A DNA stretch of 64,000 bases from Candidatus Hydrothermarchaeota archaeon. GTDB lineage: Archaea > CAYFZR01. The notes beneath the pieces are model-generated. The model was not told where the DNA came from. It was given only the letters and a program-made list of their open reading frames with translations, and searched no databases. Location of the stretch: assembly GCA_046760505.1 (NCBI GenBank), contig JBHIEG010000005.1, forward strand, positions 1-64,000. Direction: 5' to 3'. This document shows positions 26,918 through 37,297 of this stretch, in pieces. The stretch's first letter is position 1; the number at the start of each line of letters is the position of its first letter. A program made the translations under genes and the position numbers.

Positions 26918-28829
26918 ATATACTTGAGTTTCCAGGTATTGCCTGCATTATCTCATCTAGATCTCCATTTATCCTGTTTTTAATAATCTTTGCGATTTCG
27001 TTCTTTGGAGTGTCACCGGGCTCTATGACAACAAAGTTTTTTGTTTTGCTGGCAACGGATGATAAAGGACCGTATATTATCTTATCGTTAACTCTTCCAA
27101 TGGCAATTTTAAGGTCCACAGATAGATAATTTCTTTTTCCGTATATCATGAATCCTCCTTTTGGGATGTATTCTCCGGATGGCGCCTCCTTTGAAACCTG
27201 ATCAGGGTATACCCAGTAAACTTCTGTCCCATGAAAACCCATCTTCCAGGCATTTGAATAACAAGCAGCGAATATTGCTGCCTCTTTCATTGATTGCTCT
27301 GATGGCTCTTTTCCTTTTGTCTTAAGTATCACGTGGGGGGCTCCGCTTATATTAGCATGAAAATAACGGTCTGAAGGTTCCATATGTCTTTTTACGACTT
27401 TTTCATTGCTTTTGGCATCTTTTCCCCCTATTACAAGAAATCCCTCCGAAGTGAAAAACCACCTGTATTGCTCATACCACTTTTTCTTTCTTACTTTTTT
27501 CTCTTTGGGCATTTTAATCTCTACAGGGACTTCTTCTTTTTTTGCATACTCTATGAGCTTTTTTGTTTCTTCTATTGCTTTTTTGGCGCCCTCTATCTTT
27601 TCTTTGGCTTTTTTAGCCTTTTTATAGTGTACTTCGGCATTTTCAGGTAGAGTTTTTTTCAAGTCTATTTCCACTTCATCTTCTAAATCCAAGTAAATTT
27701 TCCCTGTTTTGAGATCTATTCTCTTTAAAATCTGTAGTTCCTTGTTTTTTTCTTTGCTTGATTCAATAGCAGCTAGTATATCTTCCCATGAATATCCTTT
27801 ATCCCTCGCCTCTTTAAGCATATTCAATATGTTCTCTATGATGTGATAATTAGCGTATATTAAATCTCCCAATTTTTTCTCTTTGATAGCAACTTTTTCC
27901 AAATTTTTCAATGTCTCTTCTTGTTCATTTAGCCTTATATACAATTTAGCCAGTTTATTTTCCTTTAAATCATAAGTTTTTTTATCCAAGATTTCTATTT
28001 CAGTTTTTGTAAAGAAATCGTCCAGTGCTTGATTGAAAGATTCGTAATATACAAGTTTTTTCCCTTCATAGACTTCTAAGGGGAAAGGTAAAACATCTAT
28101 TAGGTTTCCATTTTCAATTACCATAACTGGTCTTGGATTTTCAAGTTTGCTTATCAAATTTCTGAATGATAGGTACAATTTTTCTATATCGTTGTCTTCT
28201 AGTTCTTCTCCAAGAATATTTTTCTCCAATCCAGCGATTTTACATACTTCTTCTGCATATATGCCACTCAAATTTAGTTTTCTCGCCAGCAATCTCACTG
28301 TTTCAATAGGCTCGTTTAACAATTCTTTTAGATCTTCCTTGCTTATGGAGAAAATATCAATACCTGAAGGTGGGTATTCATAGATTTCTCCACTTATAAC
28401 ATTTCTATGTCTCCATTTTTGCGGAAATAGAGGTCTTATAATTTTTTTAGAACTATCCAATAAAATAAGATTGCCCTTTCCAAATATTTCAAATACAAGC
28501 GTGTAGTTTTCTTTATGAGATAGATCAAACTCTAAAATCCTGTCGAAGTTGTGTTGCCTTATATCGGCGATTATTGAATTACCTACGTATTTCCTTAGGA
28601 ACATAGCAAAGTTTGAGGGCCTTTCAGGGTTTTCTCTGGGGTATTTTGTTATGTGGGCTCTTTTTCCAAGTGTAAAGACAAAATCTATAGTTCCTTGAGG
28701 TGATTTGTGCAATTTGAATGTGAATTCTTCAGGGAGCGGCTGATAGATTTTAACTATCCTACCGCCTTCTAGCCATTTTAATTCTCTTACCAATACACTT
28801 ATATCAACGTTAGTCATCTCTTTTTTCAT
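26901..28829 (-). CDS. rqcH: Ribosome quality control factor Rqc2/NEMF (NFACT/FbpA family)
   Basis: MT..D, F.M.LRK, Q..FDRI, E.FG.GN.IL, WYE.YRWF.TS.G.LVIGG.DA..NE, FHA...GA, QVSK..PSGEY..KG.FMI.G.RN. Confidence 0.93.
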   Translation of the reverse strand: MKKEMTNVDISVLVRELKWLEGGRIVKIYQPLPEEFTFKLHKSPQGTIDFVFTLGKRAHITKYPRENPERPSNFAMFLRKYVGNSIIADIRQHNFDRILEFDLSHKENYTLVFEIFGKGNLILLDSSKKIIRPLFPQKWRHRNVISGEIYEYPPSGIDIFSISKEDLKELLNEPIETVRLLARKLNLSGIYAEEVCKIAGLEKNILGEELEDNDIEKLYLSFRNLISKLENPRPVMVIENGNLIDVLPFPLEVYEGKKLVYYESFNQALDDFFTKTEIEILDKKTYDLKENKLAKLYIRLNEQEETLKNLEKVAIKEKKLGDLIYANYHIIENILNMLKEARDKGYSWEDILAAIESSKEKNKELQILKRIDLKTGKIYLDLEDEVEIDLKKTLPENAEVHYKKAKKAKEKIEGAKKAIEETKKLIEYAKKEEVPVEIKMPKEKKVRKKKWYEQYRWFFTSEGFLVIGGKDAKSNEKVVKRHMEPSDRYFHANISGAPHVILKTKGKEPSEQSMKEAAIFAACYSNAWKMGFHGTEVYWVYPDQVSKEAPSGEYIPKGGFMIYGKRNYLSVDLKIAIGRVNDKIIYGPLSSVASKTKNFVVIEPGDTPKNEIAKIIKNRINGDLDEIMQAIPGNSSICDHDG

Positions 28830-28849
28830 ATTCTTCATGGTGAACACAC

Positions 28850-29101
28850 ATGGATAACGAAAGTAAAGCTGCGATGGTCTATATGTTGTTTGGTGTGTTA
28901 TCTGGTATATTAAGTTGGGCACTCGTGCTGGGAGTACTCTTTGCTCCTGTGATATTGGTGCTTGTGGGTAGATTAAATGAGAAAATACTCAAGATAACGG
29001 TAGAAGACATCGGAGGCTCCAAGGGCTGGTTTGGAAACTGTTTCGTTCCTTTTGTTCTTTTATGGTTGTTTACGTGGATTCTGTTATTTAATCTCTTTTG
29101 A
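28850..29101 (+). CDS. Small 3-TM membrane protein (possibly EMC6-like) upstream of ABCE1
   Basis: 83 aa, three hydrophobic segments, ends FV.LW.FTWILLFN; overlaps the ABCE1 ORF start. Confidence 0.65.
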   Translation: MDNESKAAMVYMLFGVLSGILSWALVLGVLFAPVILVLVGRLNEKILKITVEDIGGSKGWFGNCFVPFVLLWLFTWILLFNLF

Positions 29102-29112
29102 GGTTCGTTTTT

Positions 29113-30885
29113 ATGAGAATCGCCGTTTTAGATAAAGATACCTGTCAACCAAAGAAATGCTCATACGAGTGCGTAAAGTACTGTCCTGGAGTGAGGATGA
29201 AAGAAGAAACGGTGATAATCGACGAAAAAACAGGAAAGCCTATAATATCAGAGGAACTTTGCTCGGGCTGTGGAATATGCATTAAAAGATGTCCTTTTGA
29301 GTCTATAACTGTTATAAATCTTCCAGAAGAACTTGAAGAGGAAAGCATCCACAGATACGGGTTAAATCAATTTAAGCTGTATGGTCTTCCATATCCACTT
29401 GAATCTGGCGTAGTCGGCTTGATAGGTCCTAATGGCATTGGAAAAACAACCGCCATAAATATTCTATCTGGGGAGATAAAGCCGAATCTCGGTAGATTCG
29501 AGGACCCTCCTGACTGGGACGAAGTAATCCTTTCTTTCAGAGGATCAGAAATCCAAAAATACCTTGAAAATCTCTCAAAAGGCAAAATAAAAGCAATACA
29601 CAAACCACAGTATATAGAAGGACTCTCAAGGGCAGTATCTGGATGTGTGAAGGATCTTTTAAAAAATATTGACGAGAGAGATCAATTGAAAAACTTAATC
29701 GAAATGCTAGATCTGGAAAGTTTTCTGAATAAGGACATCAAAGAATTAAGTGGAGGAGAATTACAGAGAGTAGCGATATCTGCTTGTTTATTAAAAGAAG
29801 GGGATGTATATCTCATTGATGAGCCTTCAAGTTATTTAGACGTGAGACAAAGGGTGAACGTGGCGAGAGCAATACAAGAACTTGCTAAGGAAAAGATGGT
29901 CGTTGTTGTGGAGCACGATCTTGTAATTTTAGACTGGATATGCGACTACGTGCAAATTCTCTATGGAAAGCCAGGCGTCTATGGTATTATTACCCACCCC
30001 AAGAGCGTCAGGGTAGGGATAAACGAATACCTAGAGGGATATTTAAGAGAAGAGAACGTGAGATTCAGAAAGGAAAGAGTTACTTTTGAGATTAGACCAC
30101 CTTCTCGTCCAACAGAAGGAGAAGAGTTGCTCACTTATCCAAAATTAACAAAAAAATATGATGGTTTCTCTCTTAAATGTAATGCTGGTTCCTTGATCAA
30201 AAGAGAAATAGTGGGTGTATTGGGTCCTAATGCAATTGGAAAAACAACGTTCGTAAAGATGCTTGCAGGGGTTTTAAAGCCCTCTACAGGCACTTTAGAT
30301 TTAAACATTAAGGTATCATACAAGCCCCAGTACCTCTCGCCAGAGTATGAAGAAACCGTATTAGAATTATTATCTAAGGTAACGAAAGAGTTTGGAACGA
30401 GTAGATATGAGAATGAAATACTCAAACCTCTGCAACTTGAAAAACTGTTAAACCAGCGAATAAACGAGCTCAGCGGAGGAGAACTACAAAGGGTTGCAAT
30501 TGCCCTGTGCCTCTCAAGGGAAGCGGATATTTACCTTCTGGATGAACCAAGCGCATATCTTGATGTGGAGCAGAGAATTTCGCTGACAAAAATGTTGAGG
30601 AGACTGATGGAACAAAGAGAAAAAACTGCTTTGGTCGTAGATCACGACGTGTTGCTGATAGATTATCTCTCGGATAGGATAATGATTTTTGATGGATATC
30701 CTGGAATTCAGGGTGAATCTATCGGACCGTTAGAAAAAAGAGACGGCATGAATCATTTTTTGAGAAAAATGAACATTACATTTAGAAGAGACAAAGAAAC
30801 CGGGAGACCTAGAATAAACAAAGAGGGCTCAAAACTTGACAGAGAACAGAAGATGGCGGGAGAGTACTACTACGTTATTTCATGA
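29113..30885 (+). CDS. rli: Ribosome recycling ATPase ABCE1/RLI
   Basis: N-terminal Fe-S motifs CQPKKC..EC..YCP and CSGCGIC..RCP; two ABC domains with LSGGELQR. Confidence 0.97.
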   Translation: MRIAVLDKDTCQPKKCSYECVKYCPGVRMKEETVIIDEKTGKPIISEELCSGCGICIKRCPFESITVINLPEELEEESIHRYGLNQFKLYGLPYPLESGVVGLIGPNGIGKTTAINILSGEIKPNLGRFEDPPDWDEVILSFRGSEIQKYLENLSKGKIKAIHKPQYIEGLSRAVSGCVKDLLKNIDERDQLKNLIEMLDLESFLNKDIKELSGGELQRVAISACLLKEGDVYLIDEPSSYLDVRQRVNVARAIQELAKEKMVVVVEHDLVILDWICDYVQILYGKPGVYGIITHPKSVRVGINEYLEGYLREENVRFRKERVTFEIRPPSRPTEGEELLTYPKLTKKYDGFSLKCNAGSLIKREIVGVLGPNAIGKTTFVKMLAGVLKPSTGTLDLNIKVSYKPQYLSPEYEETVLELLSKVTKEFGTSRYENEILKPLQLEKLLNQRINELSGGELQRVAIALCLSREADIYLLDEPSAYLDVEQRISLTKMLRRLMEQREKTALVVDHDVLLIDYLSDRIMIFDGYPGIQGESIGPLEKRDGMNHFLRKMNITFRRDKETGRPRINKEGSKLDREQKMAGEYYYVIS

Positions 30886-30890
30886 GAAAA

Positions 30891-31187
30891 TTAAGTTGTT
30901 AGCCAGTATGAAAACAGGATCCCTATTATGAACATTATGGCGTTGAACTCGCCAGCAAGAACGAATGCTACGCTAAAAACGATTATCGAGAAAATCATGA
31001 AGATTATTTTTGCCTTATAACCTAAATCTGTGGTTTCGAAGCTAAAACTCTTGGATAGAATTGATACGATAACTCTTCTTAAAAAAACACCCGTCACTAT
31101 ACCTACCGCGATACTTACTAGGGGCCCTATCAGGGCTAGTGAGTAATACGCTAGGGCATCCAGTATGTTGGGCAAAGTTTCCACCAA
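30891..31187 (-). CDS. Hypothetical membrane protein
   Basis: 98 aa, three hydrophobic segments; fills intergenic space. Confidence 0.6.
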   Translation of the reverse strand: MVETLPNILDALAYYSLALIGPLVSIAVGIVTGVFLRRVIVSILSKSFSFETTDLGYKAKIIFMIFSIIVFSVAFVLAGEFNAIMFIIGILFSYWLTT

Positions 31188-31227
31188 TCCAATGAAAAAA
31201 TGAAAACCATTATAAACCTTTGCATCG

Positions 31228-32451
31228 ATGTTGATGCAAATGAAGTATATATTGATTGTGGCAGATGGGATGTCTGATTATCCCGTTGAAGAACTCAATG
31301 GTAAAACGCCATTAATGATCTCTGAAAAACCAAACATCGATGAAATAGCACTTAAGGGTAGATGTGGCCTTCTAAAGACCATACCAAACGACATGCCTGC
31401 GGGTAGCGATATAGCTAATTTATCAATCCTTGGGTACGATCCAAGAATATATTATACGGGAAGAGGACCCCTTGAGGCCGCGAGTATTGGCATACCTCTT
31501 GGGAAATCAGACATAGCCTTTAGATGTAACTTGATTACGGTAGAAAAGGGAGAGATTAAAGACTATAGCGCAGGGCACATATCAGACGGTGAAAGTAGAG
31601 AGTTGATAGACACTCTGAATCAAAGATTTGGCTCTGACAAAATCTGTTTTTACTCTGGTGTAAGCTACAGGAACCTAATGGTTTTAAAGGACGACATAAA
31701 CCCAGAAGATATCGAAACAACGCCGCCTCATGATGCGTTGGGCAAAAAAATAAAAGAGGTTCTTATCAGATCTAAAGAAAGATCCAAAACAGGTCTTATA
31801 AATATTTTGAACGATATAGTTGTTGATTCAAAAAAAGTACTTGAAAAACATCCTGTAAATATAAAAAGAATAGAAGAGGGAAAAAATCCTGCCAACATGA
31901 TATGGCTGTGGGGACAAGGTAGAGCTCCAAAAATGACCCCTTTCTTGGAAAAATATAATCTGAGAGGCTCGGTTATATCTGCAGTTGACCTGATAAAGGG
32001 AATAGGCGTATTTACCAAAATGAACGTTATAAATGTCCCTGGAGCAACCGGATATTACAATACAGATTATAAGGCCAAAGCCGAATACACTTTAAGGGCA
32101 CTTGAGGATTCTGATTTCGTTTTCCTGCATATTGAATCTCCTGATGAAGCGGGTCATGCGGGAGATATTGAAGAGAAGGTGAAGGCGATTGAAAGAATTG
32201 ACAAATTCGTAGTAGGCAGGATATTGGATTCAGGAATCGAAGATCTATCCATAGGAATTATGTCGGATCACCATACGCCGGTAAGTGTGAAAACACACGT
32301 TAAAGATCCAGCCCCCTTTGCATTATACGATCCTCTAAAAGAGGGGGATGATGTCAAAAAATTTGATGAGGAATCCGTAAGGAAGGGGATTTTTGGCATA
32401 ATTGAAGAAGGTTTTTTGAGAACTTTCTTCAAAGTTGAAAAATTAAAATAG
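31228..32451 (+). CDS. apgM: Cofactor-independent phosphoglycerate mutase (ApgM family)
   Basis: DGMSD, GKTPL, GSD.ANLSILGYDP, GRGPLEA, AFRCN, PDEAGH.G, DH.TP. Confidence 0.9.
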   Translation: MLMQMKYILIVADGMSDYPVEELNGKTPLMISEKPNIDEIALKGRCGLLKTIPNDMPAGSDIANLSILGYDPRIYYTGRGPLEAASIGIPLGKSDIAFRCNLITVEKGEIKDYSAGHISDGESRELIDTLNQRFGSDKICFYSGVSYRNLMVLKDDINPEDIETTPPHDALGKKIKEVLIRSKERSKTGLINILNDIVVDSKKVLEKHPVNIKRIEEGKNPANMIWLWGQGRAPKMTPFLEKYNLRGSVISAVDLIKGIGVFTKMNVINVPGATGYYNTDYKAKAEYTLRALEDSDFVFLHIESPDEAGHAGDIEEKVKAIERIDKFVVGRILDSGIEDLSIGIMSDHHTPVSVKTHVKDPAPFALYDPLKEGDDVKKFDEESVRKGIFGIIEEGFLRTFFKVEKLK

Positions 32452-32473
32452 TATAACTGAACATTTTTGATCG

Positions 32474-33703
32474 ATGCCCCGATACAGAAGCACTCCAAGA
32501 AGTAAAATAAGGGACGAAGAAAGCGCCATGTACGTGATAACGCTTACAGGAAACGACCGGCCTGGACTAATAGCAGGAATAACCTCTGTACTCGCAAAAC
32601 ACCACGTTAACATCGTGGACATCGAGCAAACGGCTCTCCAAGGCCTCTTTTTAATGTTTACCATAGTAGATTTTAAAACCAGCGACTCTTCCTTCAAGAC
32701 CGTAATGAAAGAACTCCGGGAAGAGGCGAATAAATTAGGATTGGATATCCAGATAACGCCATACCACAGATATGCGGCACTGAGAAGATTGGAAAGAAAG
32801 AAGTTGTACGTCGTTACTGTATTAGGCAGAGACAGGCCAGGCATCGTATATGCATTATCCAGTTTGTTTGCGAGCATGGGGGTAAACATTGAAAAAACCC
32901 AGTTAATTGCCAGAGGAGACATTATTTCCCTTCAAATGACGATTGATATAAGAGACTGCGATCTTCCATCACTCAAAGAAAAGGTTGCCAAAAAATGCGA
33001 AGAACTGGGTCTAGATGCTGTAGTACAAGATTATGATATTTACAAGAAGGAGAAACGCCTTATCGTTTTCGATATGGACTCTACAATTGTGGATGTTGAA
33101 ATAATAAATGAACTTGCCAAGGCGGCTGGAGTCAGTGAAAGGGTTGAAGACATAACCAAACTTGCAAAGCGCGGTGAGATCGATTTTGAACAATCTCTAA
33201 GAGAAAGAGTTAGACTTCTCAAGGGCTTGTCCGTCGATGTTCTTGAAAAAATATCAGAAAATCTCACGTTTACCCCTGGAACAGAAGAACTAATTACTGC
33301 ACTCAAGAGAAGCGGTTACAAAATAGCCTTAATAAGCGGAGGATTTTCGTACTTTACGGATAAAATACGAGAAAAGCTTGGATTTGACTATGCATTTGGC
33401 AATAAATTGGTCATAAAGGACGGTATAGTAACCGGTGAAATAGAAGGTCCGATAATCGATGCGGAGGCGAAGGGAAGAATCATACGGGAATTATCACAAA
33501 AAGAGGGTATCTCACCTGATCAAATTGTTGCCGTTGGAGACAGCGCCAACGATAGGATCATGTTACAAAATGCAGGTTTAGGTGTTGCATTTAACGCGGA
33601 AGAGATTTTAAGATACGTATCAGATGGCTCTCTCTCTAAGAATAATCTCATTGGGCTATTGAATGTCTTGGGATTATCTGATGTCGACTTAAAAGGCGAT
33701 TAA
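32474..33703 (+). CDS. serB: Phosphoserine phosphatase with two ACT domains
   Basis: G.DRPG ACT motifs twice; FDMDST, SGGF, K, GD.AND HAD motifs; alternative start ATG 32528. Confidence 0.93.
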   Translation: MPRYRSTPRSKIRDEESAMYVITLTGNDRPGLIAGITSVLAKHHVNIVDIEQTALQGLFLMFTIVDFKTSDSSFKTVMKELREEANKLGLDIQITPYHRYAALRRLERKKLYVVTVLGRDRPGIVYALSSLFASMGVNIEKTQLIARGDIISLQMTIDIRDCDLPSLKEKVAKKCEELGLDAVVQDYDIYKKEKRLIVFDMDSTIVDVEIINELAKAAGVSERVEDITKLAKRGEIDFEQSLRERVRLLKGLSVDVLEKISENLTFTPGTEELITALKRSGYKIALISGGFSYFTDKIREKLGFDYAFGNKLVIKDGIVTGEIEGPIIDAEAKGRIIRELSQKEGISPDQIVAVGDSANDRIMLQNAGLGVAFNAEEILRYVSDGSLSKNNLIGLLNVLGLSDVDLKGD

Positions 33704-34321
33704 GTGATGAGAATTATAGCAAGAGGTGCAGAGGCAGTTATCTACCTTAGAGAATGGCACGGAGAACACGTTATTGAAAAGAGAAGAATTGAGAAAAAGT
33801 ATCGTGTTCGTAATCTTGACGAAAGGCTGAGATACGAAAGAACTAAAAAAGAAGCCAAACTCCTGAGATTGGCAAGGGAAAGCGGCGTTCCCACACCAAT
33901 TGTTTTAGATATACTGCTGAGAGGCACTTCCATTCTAATGGAGTATATTCCAGGCAAAATTCTGAGAGATATGTTGGATGGCGCTAAAAAAGAAGATAGA
34001 GATGAATTGTGCGCAAGAATAGGGGATATGATCGGAAAACTTCACAATAAGGACATAATTCATGGAGATCTAACAACATCGAATATGATTTTCCATGAAG
34101 ATCTCATATACTTTATAGATTTTGGCTTGGGGGAGATCTCGAATTCCATAGAAGACAAGGGAGTCGACCTACATCTAATGAGAGAAGCATTTTACAGTAC
34201 ACATCATAGTATAGCTGAATCCTGCTATTCATCAGTGATTGATAGTTACCTCAACATAATGGATAAAGAAGTTGTCAGGAGAGTAGAAGAAATCGAAAAG
34301 AGGGGAAGGTATGCCAGATAA
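33704..34321 (+). CDS. bud32: KEOPS kinase/ATPase Bud32 (stand-alone)
   Basis: RGAEA, K.R..K.YR, RT..EA, HGDLTTSN, IDFGL, EDK.VDL, RGRY. Confidence 0.95.
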   Translation: MMRIIARGAEAVIYLREWHGEHVIEKRRIEKKYRVRNLDERLRYERTKKEAKLLRLARESGVPTPIVLDILLRGTSILMEYIPGKILRDMLDGAKKEDRDELCARIGDMIGKLHNKDIIHGDLTTSNMIFHEDLIYFIDFGLGEISNSIEDKGVDLHLMREAFYSTHHSIAESCYSSVIDSYLNIMDKEVVRRVEEIEKRGRYAR

Positions 34322-34886
34322 AAAAATTATAGATAAAATAGCCATAGTTACAACCAACACCGGAAAAATGAGGGAGTTTGAGGAGTTACTTGGCGATTAC
34401 ATCGAGCTAGAACAAGTCAAATTAGAATGCCCAGAGATTCAATCAGAATCGCTTGAAGAGATATCCTGCCACTCTGCTATTTTTGCCTGCAAGGTGATAA
34501 ACATGCCTGTAATTGTTGAGGATTCTGGTTTGTTCATTCATGCGCTTAAAGGATTCCCCGGCCCTTACTCATCCTATGTTCAAAAAACCATAGGGAACGA
34601 GGGAATACTTAAGTTGATGGAGGGTTTAAAAAACAGAAAGGCTTACTTCAAATCGGTTATAGGCTTTTGTATGCCCGATGAGGAGCCTGTTTCTTTTGAG
34701 GGAATCGTTAAAGGAAATATATCTCGGGAAATAAGGGGAGAGGAAGGCTTTGGTTACGACCCAATATTCATACCAGAAGGTTATAGCAAGACGTTTGGAG
34801 AGGATAAAGAACTTAAAAATAGGATTTCACACAGGAAAAGAGCTATAGAAAATTTTGTCGCCTGGTTGGAAAAAAATAATTATTGA
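34311..34886 (+). CDS. rdgB: Non-canonical purine NTP pyrophosphatase (RdgB/HAM1)
   Basis: T.N.GK..E, EIQ, EDSGL, GFPGPY, GFGYDPIF, SHR. Confidence 0.95.
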   Translation: MPDKKIIDKIAIVTTNTGKMREFEELLGDYIELEQVKLECPEIQSESLEEISCHSAIFACKVINMPVIVEDSGLFIHALKGFPGPYSSYVQKTIGNEGILKLMEGLKNRKAYFKSVIGFCMPDEEPVSFEGIVKGNISREIRGEEGFGYDPIFIPEGYSKTFGEDKELKNRISHRKRAIENFVAWLEKNNY

Positions 34887-34966
34887 TTGGTTTGCACACT
34901 CATGACCCAAATATTAAAATATCAAATATCAAAATATCATTACAGCAAATTTCCACGAGGTGAAGT

Positions 34967-35422
34967 ATGGCAAGAATGCACTCAAGAGCAAAAGGCTCCT
35001 CCAGATCAACGAGACCTCCAAGAACCATAGCTCCAAGTTGGGTAGAATACTCTGCGGAAGAAGTTGAGGAGCTGATAGTAAAGTACGCCAAGGAAGGTTA
35101 CTCCCAAAGTGAGATAGGTACCATTCTCAGGGATCAATACGGGATCCCGCAAGCAAAACTTTTGACCGGGAAAAAGATTCAGAAAATACTTCAGGAATAC
35201 GATTTGGCTCCAAAAATACCTGAAGATCTAGGAAACCTTATTAGAAGGGCAATTAGGGTAAGGAAGCATCTATTAGAACATAAAAAAGATTTGCACTCAA
35301 GAAGGGGGCTAGAACTGCTGGAGTCTAAGATAAGAAGGCTGGCAAATTATTACAGAAGGAAGGGTGTGCTCCCGGAGGATTGGAAGTATACTCCTGAAAT
35401 GGCAGAATTACTTCTTGAATGA
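34967..35422 (+). CDS. rps15: 30S ribosomal protein S15 (uS15)
   Basis: [35 protein letters not shown]. Confidence 0.97.
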   Translation: MARMHSRAKGSSRSTRPPRTIAPSWVEYSAEEVEELIVKYAKEGYSQSEIGTILRDQYGIPQAKLLTGKKIQKILQEYDLAPKIPEDLGNLIRRAIRVRKHLLEHKKDLHSRRGLELLESKIRRLANYYRRKGVLPEDWKYTPEMAELLLE

Positions 35423-35427
35423 TCTAA

Positions 35428-36822
35428 ATGCCTTTTCCTGATTTAAGAGAGGCTGTACAATGGATAGAAGATAGAAAAAATGAGTGTTTTAGATGCGTTT
35501 CGCATTACGATGCTGATGGCATCTCCGCTGCTGGAATCTTGGGAAAACTCTTAATTGATCTGAAGGCTGATTTTCACTTCACCATCTTAAGGCAACTCGA
35601 GAAGGATAAAATTAAAGAGCTTGCAAGAGAGAATTATTCATACTACATATTTACAGATTTTGGAAGTGGTCAGTTACCACAGCTCCAAGAAATTTTGATA
35701 AACAATGGAAAAGAGGCAATGGTGATAGATCATCATCAGCCAGAAGAAATTAAACCCAGTAGATCTTTGCTACATATAAATGCTCATGAATTTGGCATGG
35801 ATGGCTCAAGAGAGATTTCTGGTTCTGGAATGACATATCTTATTGCTAGAGGTATCTCAAAGAATTATTCCCATCTCGCCATAGTAGGCGCCCTCGGGGA
35901 TATGCAAGATAGAGATGGAAAACTCATAGGAGTAAACAGGGAAATCCTAAATGAGGGAGAAAAGGAAGGTACAATAAAGTCAGAAATTGATCTCAGGTTT
36001 TTTGGAAGATTTACACGACCTATATACAAGGCAATGGAGTATACTACAGACCCATTTATTCCGGGAATAACTGGAAACGAAGAAAGATGTCTCGCAGTTC
36101 TTAGAGAATTGGGAATAAAGATTAAGGACGGCGAACATTGGAGAAGAGTCGTAGATCTTGACTTTGAAGAGAAAAAATCCCTTGCAACCTATTTACTTTT
36201 TAAAATTCTTGGAGATGCTCCTGAAGAAAGGGCAGAAAGCCTAATAGGAGAAGTATACACGGTATTGGGGGAGGACGATAGAAGCGAGCTAAGAGACGCC
36301 AAGAGTTTTGCTACTCTACTAAATGCGTGTGGAAGAAACAACTATGGCGGAGTGGGACTCTCCATATGTTTGGGCGAAAGAGATTCAATGTACAAACTAG
36401 CGGAAAACATCCTTCTAGAACATAGAAGACTGTTATCTGAGAGTATAAACATTTTAAATGAGTTAGAGGTTTCTAAACTTGAAAATATACAATATTTCCA
36501 TGGAAAGGAGAGAATAAAAGATTCCATAATAGGTACAGTTACTATGATGGGGCTTGGCACTAGGATAATTGATGTTTCAAAGCCCTCGATAGGGATGGTA
36601 TATGCAGAAGATAACTTGACCAAGGTTTCCGCAAGAACTACAAGAAAACTCTGTAGAATGGGTATAAATCTAGGATTGGCTCTGAAAAAGGCATCTGAAC
36701 AGGTAGGCGGAGAAGGAGGAGGTCATGATATCGCTGCTGGCGCAAAAATACCCAGGGAAAAGGAACAAGAATTTTTGAGGGCTGTGGATAGTATTGTGGG
36801 AAAACAGCTCGGTAAGGGTTAA
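35428..36822 (+). CDS. RecJ/Cdc45-like DHH nuclease (GAN type)
   Basis: HYDADG, DFGS, DHH, GD.Q, FATLLNACGR, GGGH..AAGA; conserved position after rps15. Confidence 0.9.
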   Translation: MPFPDLREAVQWIEDRKNECFRCVSHYDADGISAAGILGKLLIDLKADFHFTILRQLEKDKIKELARENYSYYIFTDFGSGQLPQLQEILINNGKEAMVIDHHQPEEIKPSRSLLHINAHEFGMDGSREISGSGMTYLIARGISKNYSHLAIVGALGDMQDRDGKLIGVNREILNEGEKEGTIKSEIDLRFFGRFTRPIYKAMEYTTDPFIPGITGNEERCLAVLRELGIKIKDGEHWRRVVDLDFEEKKSLATYLLFKILGDAPEERAESLIGEVYTVLGEDDRSELRDAKSFATLLNACGRNNYGGVGLSICLGERDSMYKLAENILLEHRRLLSESINILNELEVSKLENIQYFHGKERIKDSIIGTVTMMGLGTRIIDVSKPSIGMVYAEDNLTKVSARTTRKLCRMGINLGLALKKASEQVGGEGGGHDIAAGAKIPREKEQEFLRAVDSIVGKQLGKG

Positions 36823-37048
36823 GTTGAAAATCCAGATGGATGATAAAAAAACATCGTTAACCGTTTTTAGGGCGGTTTCTCCTGAAAATAAGGAAACTCC
36901 AGAGGAAGTTATGATAAAAAGCTGGATAGAGGACGATGTTTTTTTTACAGAAATGGAATCCAAAAACCTTCAAAAGCTGATCAGCACATTGGATGATCTC
37001 CTAGGCGCGATAATACTTAGTAAGAGATGTATTTCTGCAGTTGAATAG
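36794..37048 (+). CDS. KEOPS Pcc1-like subunit
   Basis: A.SPEN, L..TLDDLL motif; conserved position between RecJ/GAN and rps3ae region; start uncertain. Confidence 0.75.
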   Translation: MWENSSVRVKLKIQMDDKKTSLTVFRAVSPENKETPEEVMIKSWIEDDVFFTEMESKNLQKLISTLDDLLGAIILSKRCISAVE

Positions 37049-37081
37049 TGGTGCTCAGAAAATATCACAAATTTATTGGAT

Positions 37082-37297
37082 TTATATTTCTAACTTCTCT
37101 GATATCTGGTCTAGCCGCCTTTCTATTTTTTGAAGTTCAGCGAGGAGGTCTTCAACAGTATGGCTGGTCAGTTTTTCTTCAAGCTCTATAATCCTTTCCT
37201 CTAGGTCTCTGTCCTTTTTGGAACGCGCAAGTATATCCAAGATTATATCTTCAAGTCTCTTTATTCTCTCCTCGAATTCCTGAATTTTCTCGTCCAT
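37082..37297 (-). CDS. Small coiled-coil hypothetical protein
   Basis: 71 aa with LE.RI..LE heptad repeats. Confidence 0.6.
   Translation of the reverse strand: MDEKIQEFEERIKRLEDIILDILARSKKDRDLEERIIELEEKLTSHTVEDLLAELQKIERRLDQISEKLEI

Noticed and set aside
26830-28922. Extended Rqc2 N-terminus to 28922 in the ORF track
   Set aside because: Overlaps the divergent membrane-protein gene; the conserved N-terminus begins at MKKEMT (28829).
34908-34940. AAATATC short tandem repeat upstream of rps15
   Set aside because: Only 3-4 short AT-rich copies within a promoter; no spacers, not CRISPR-like.
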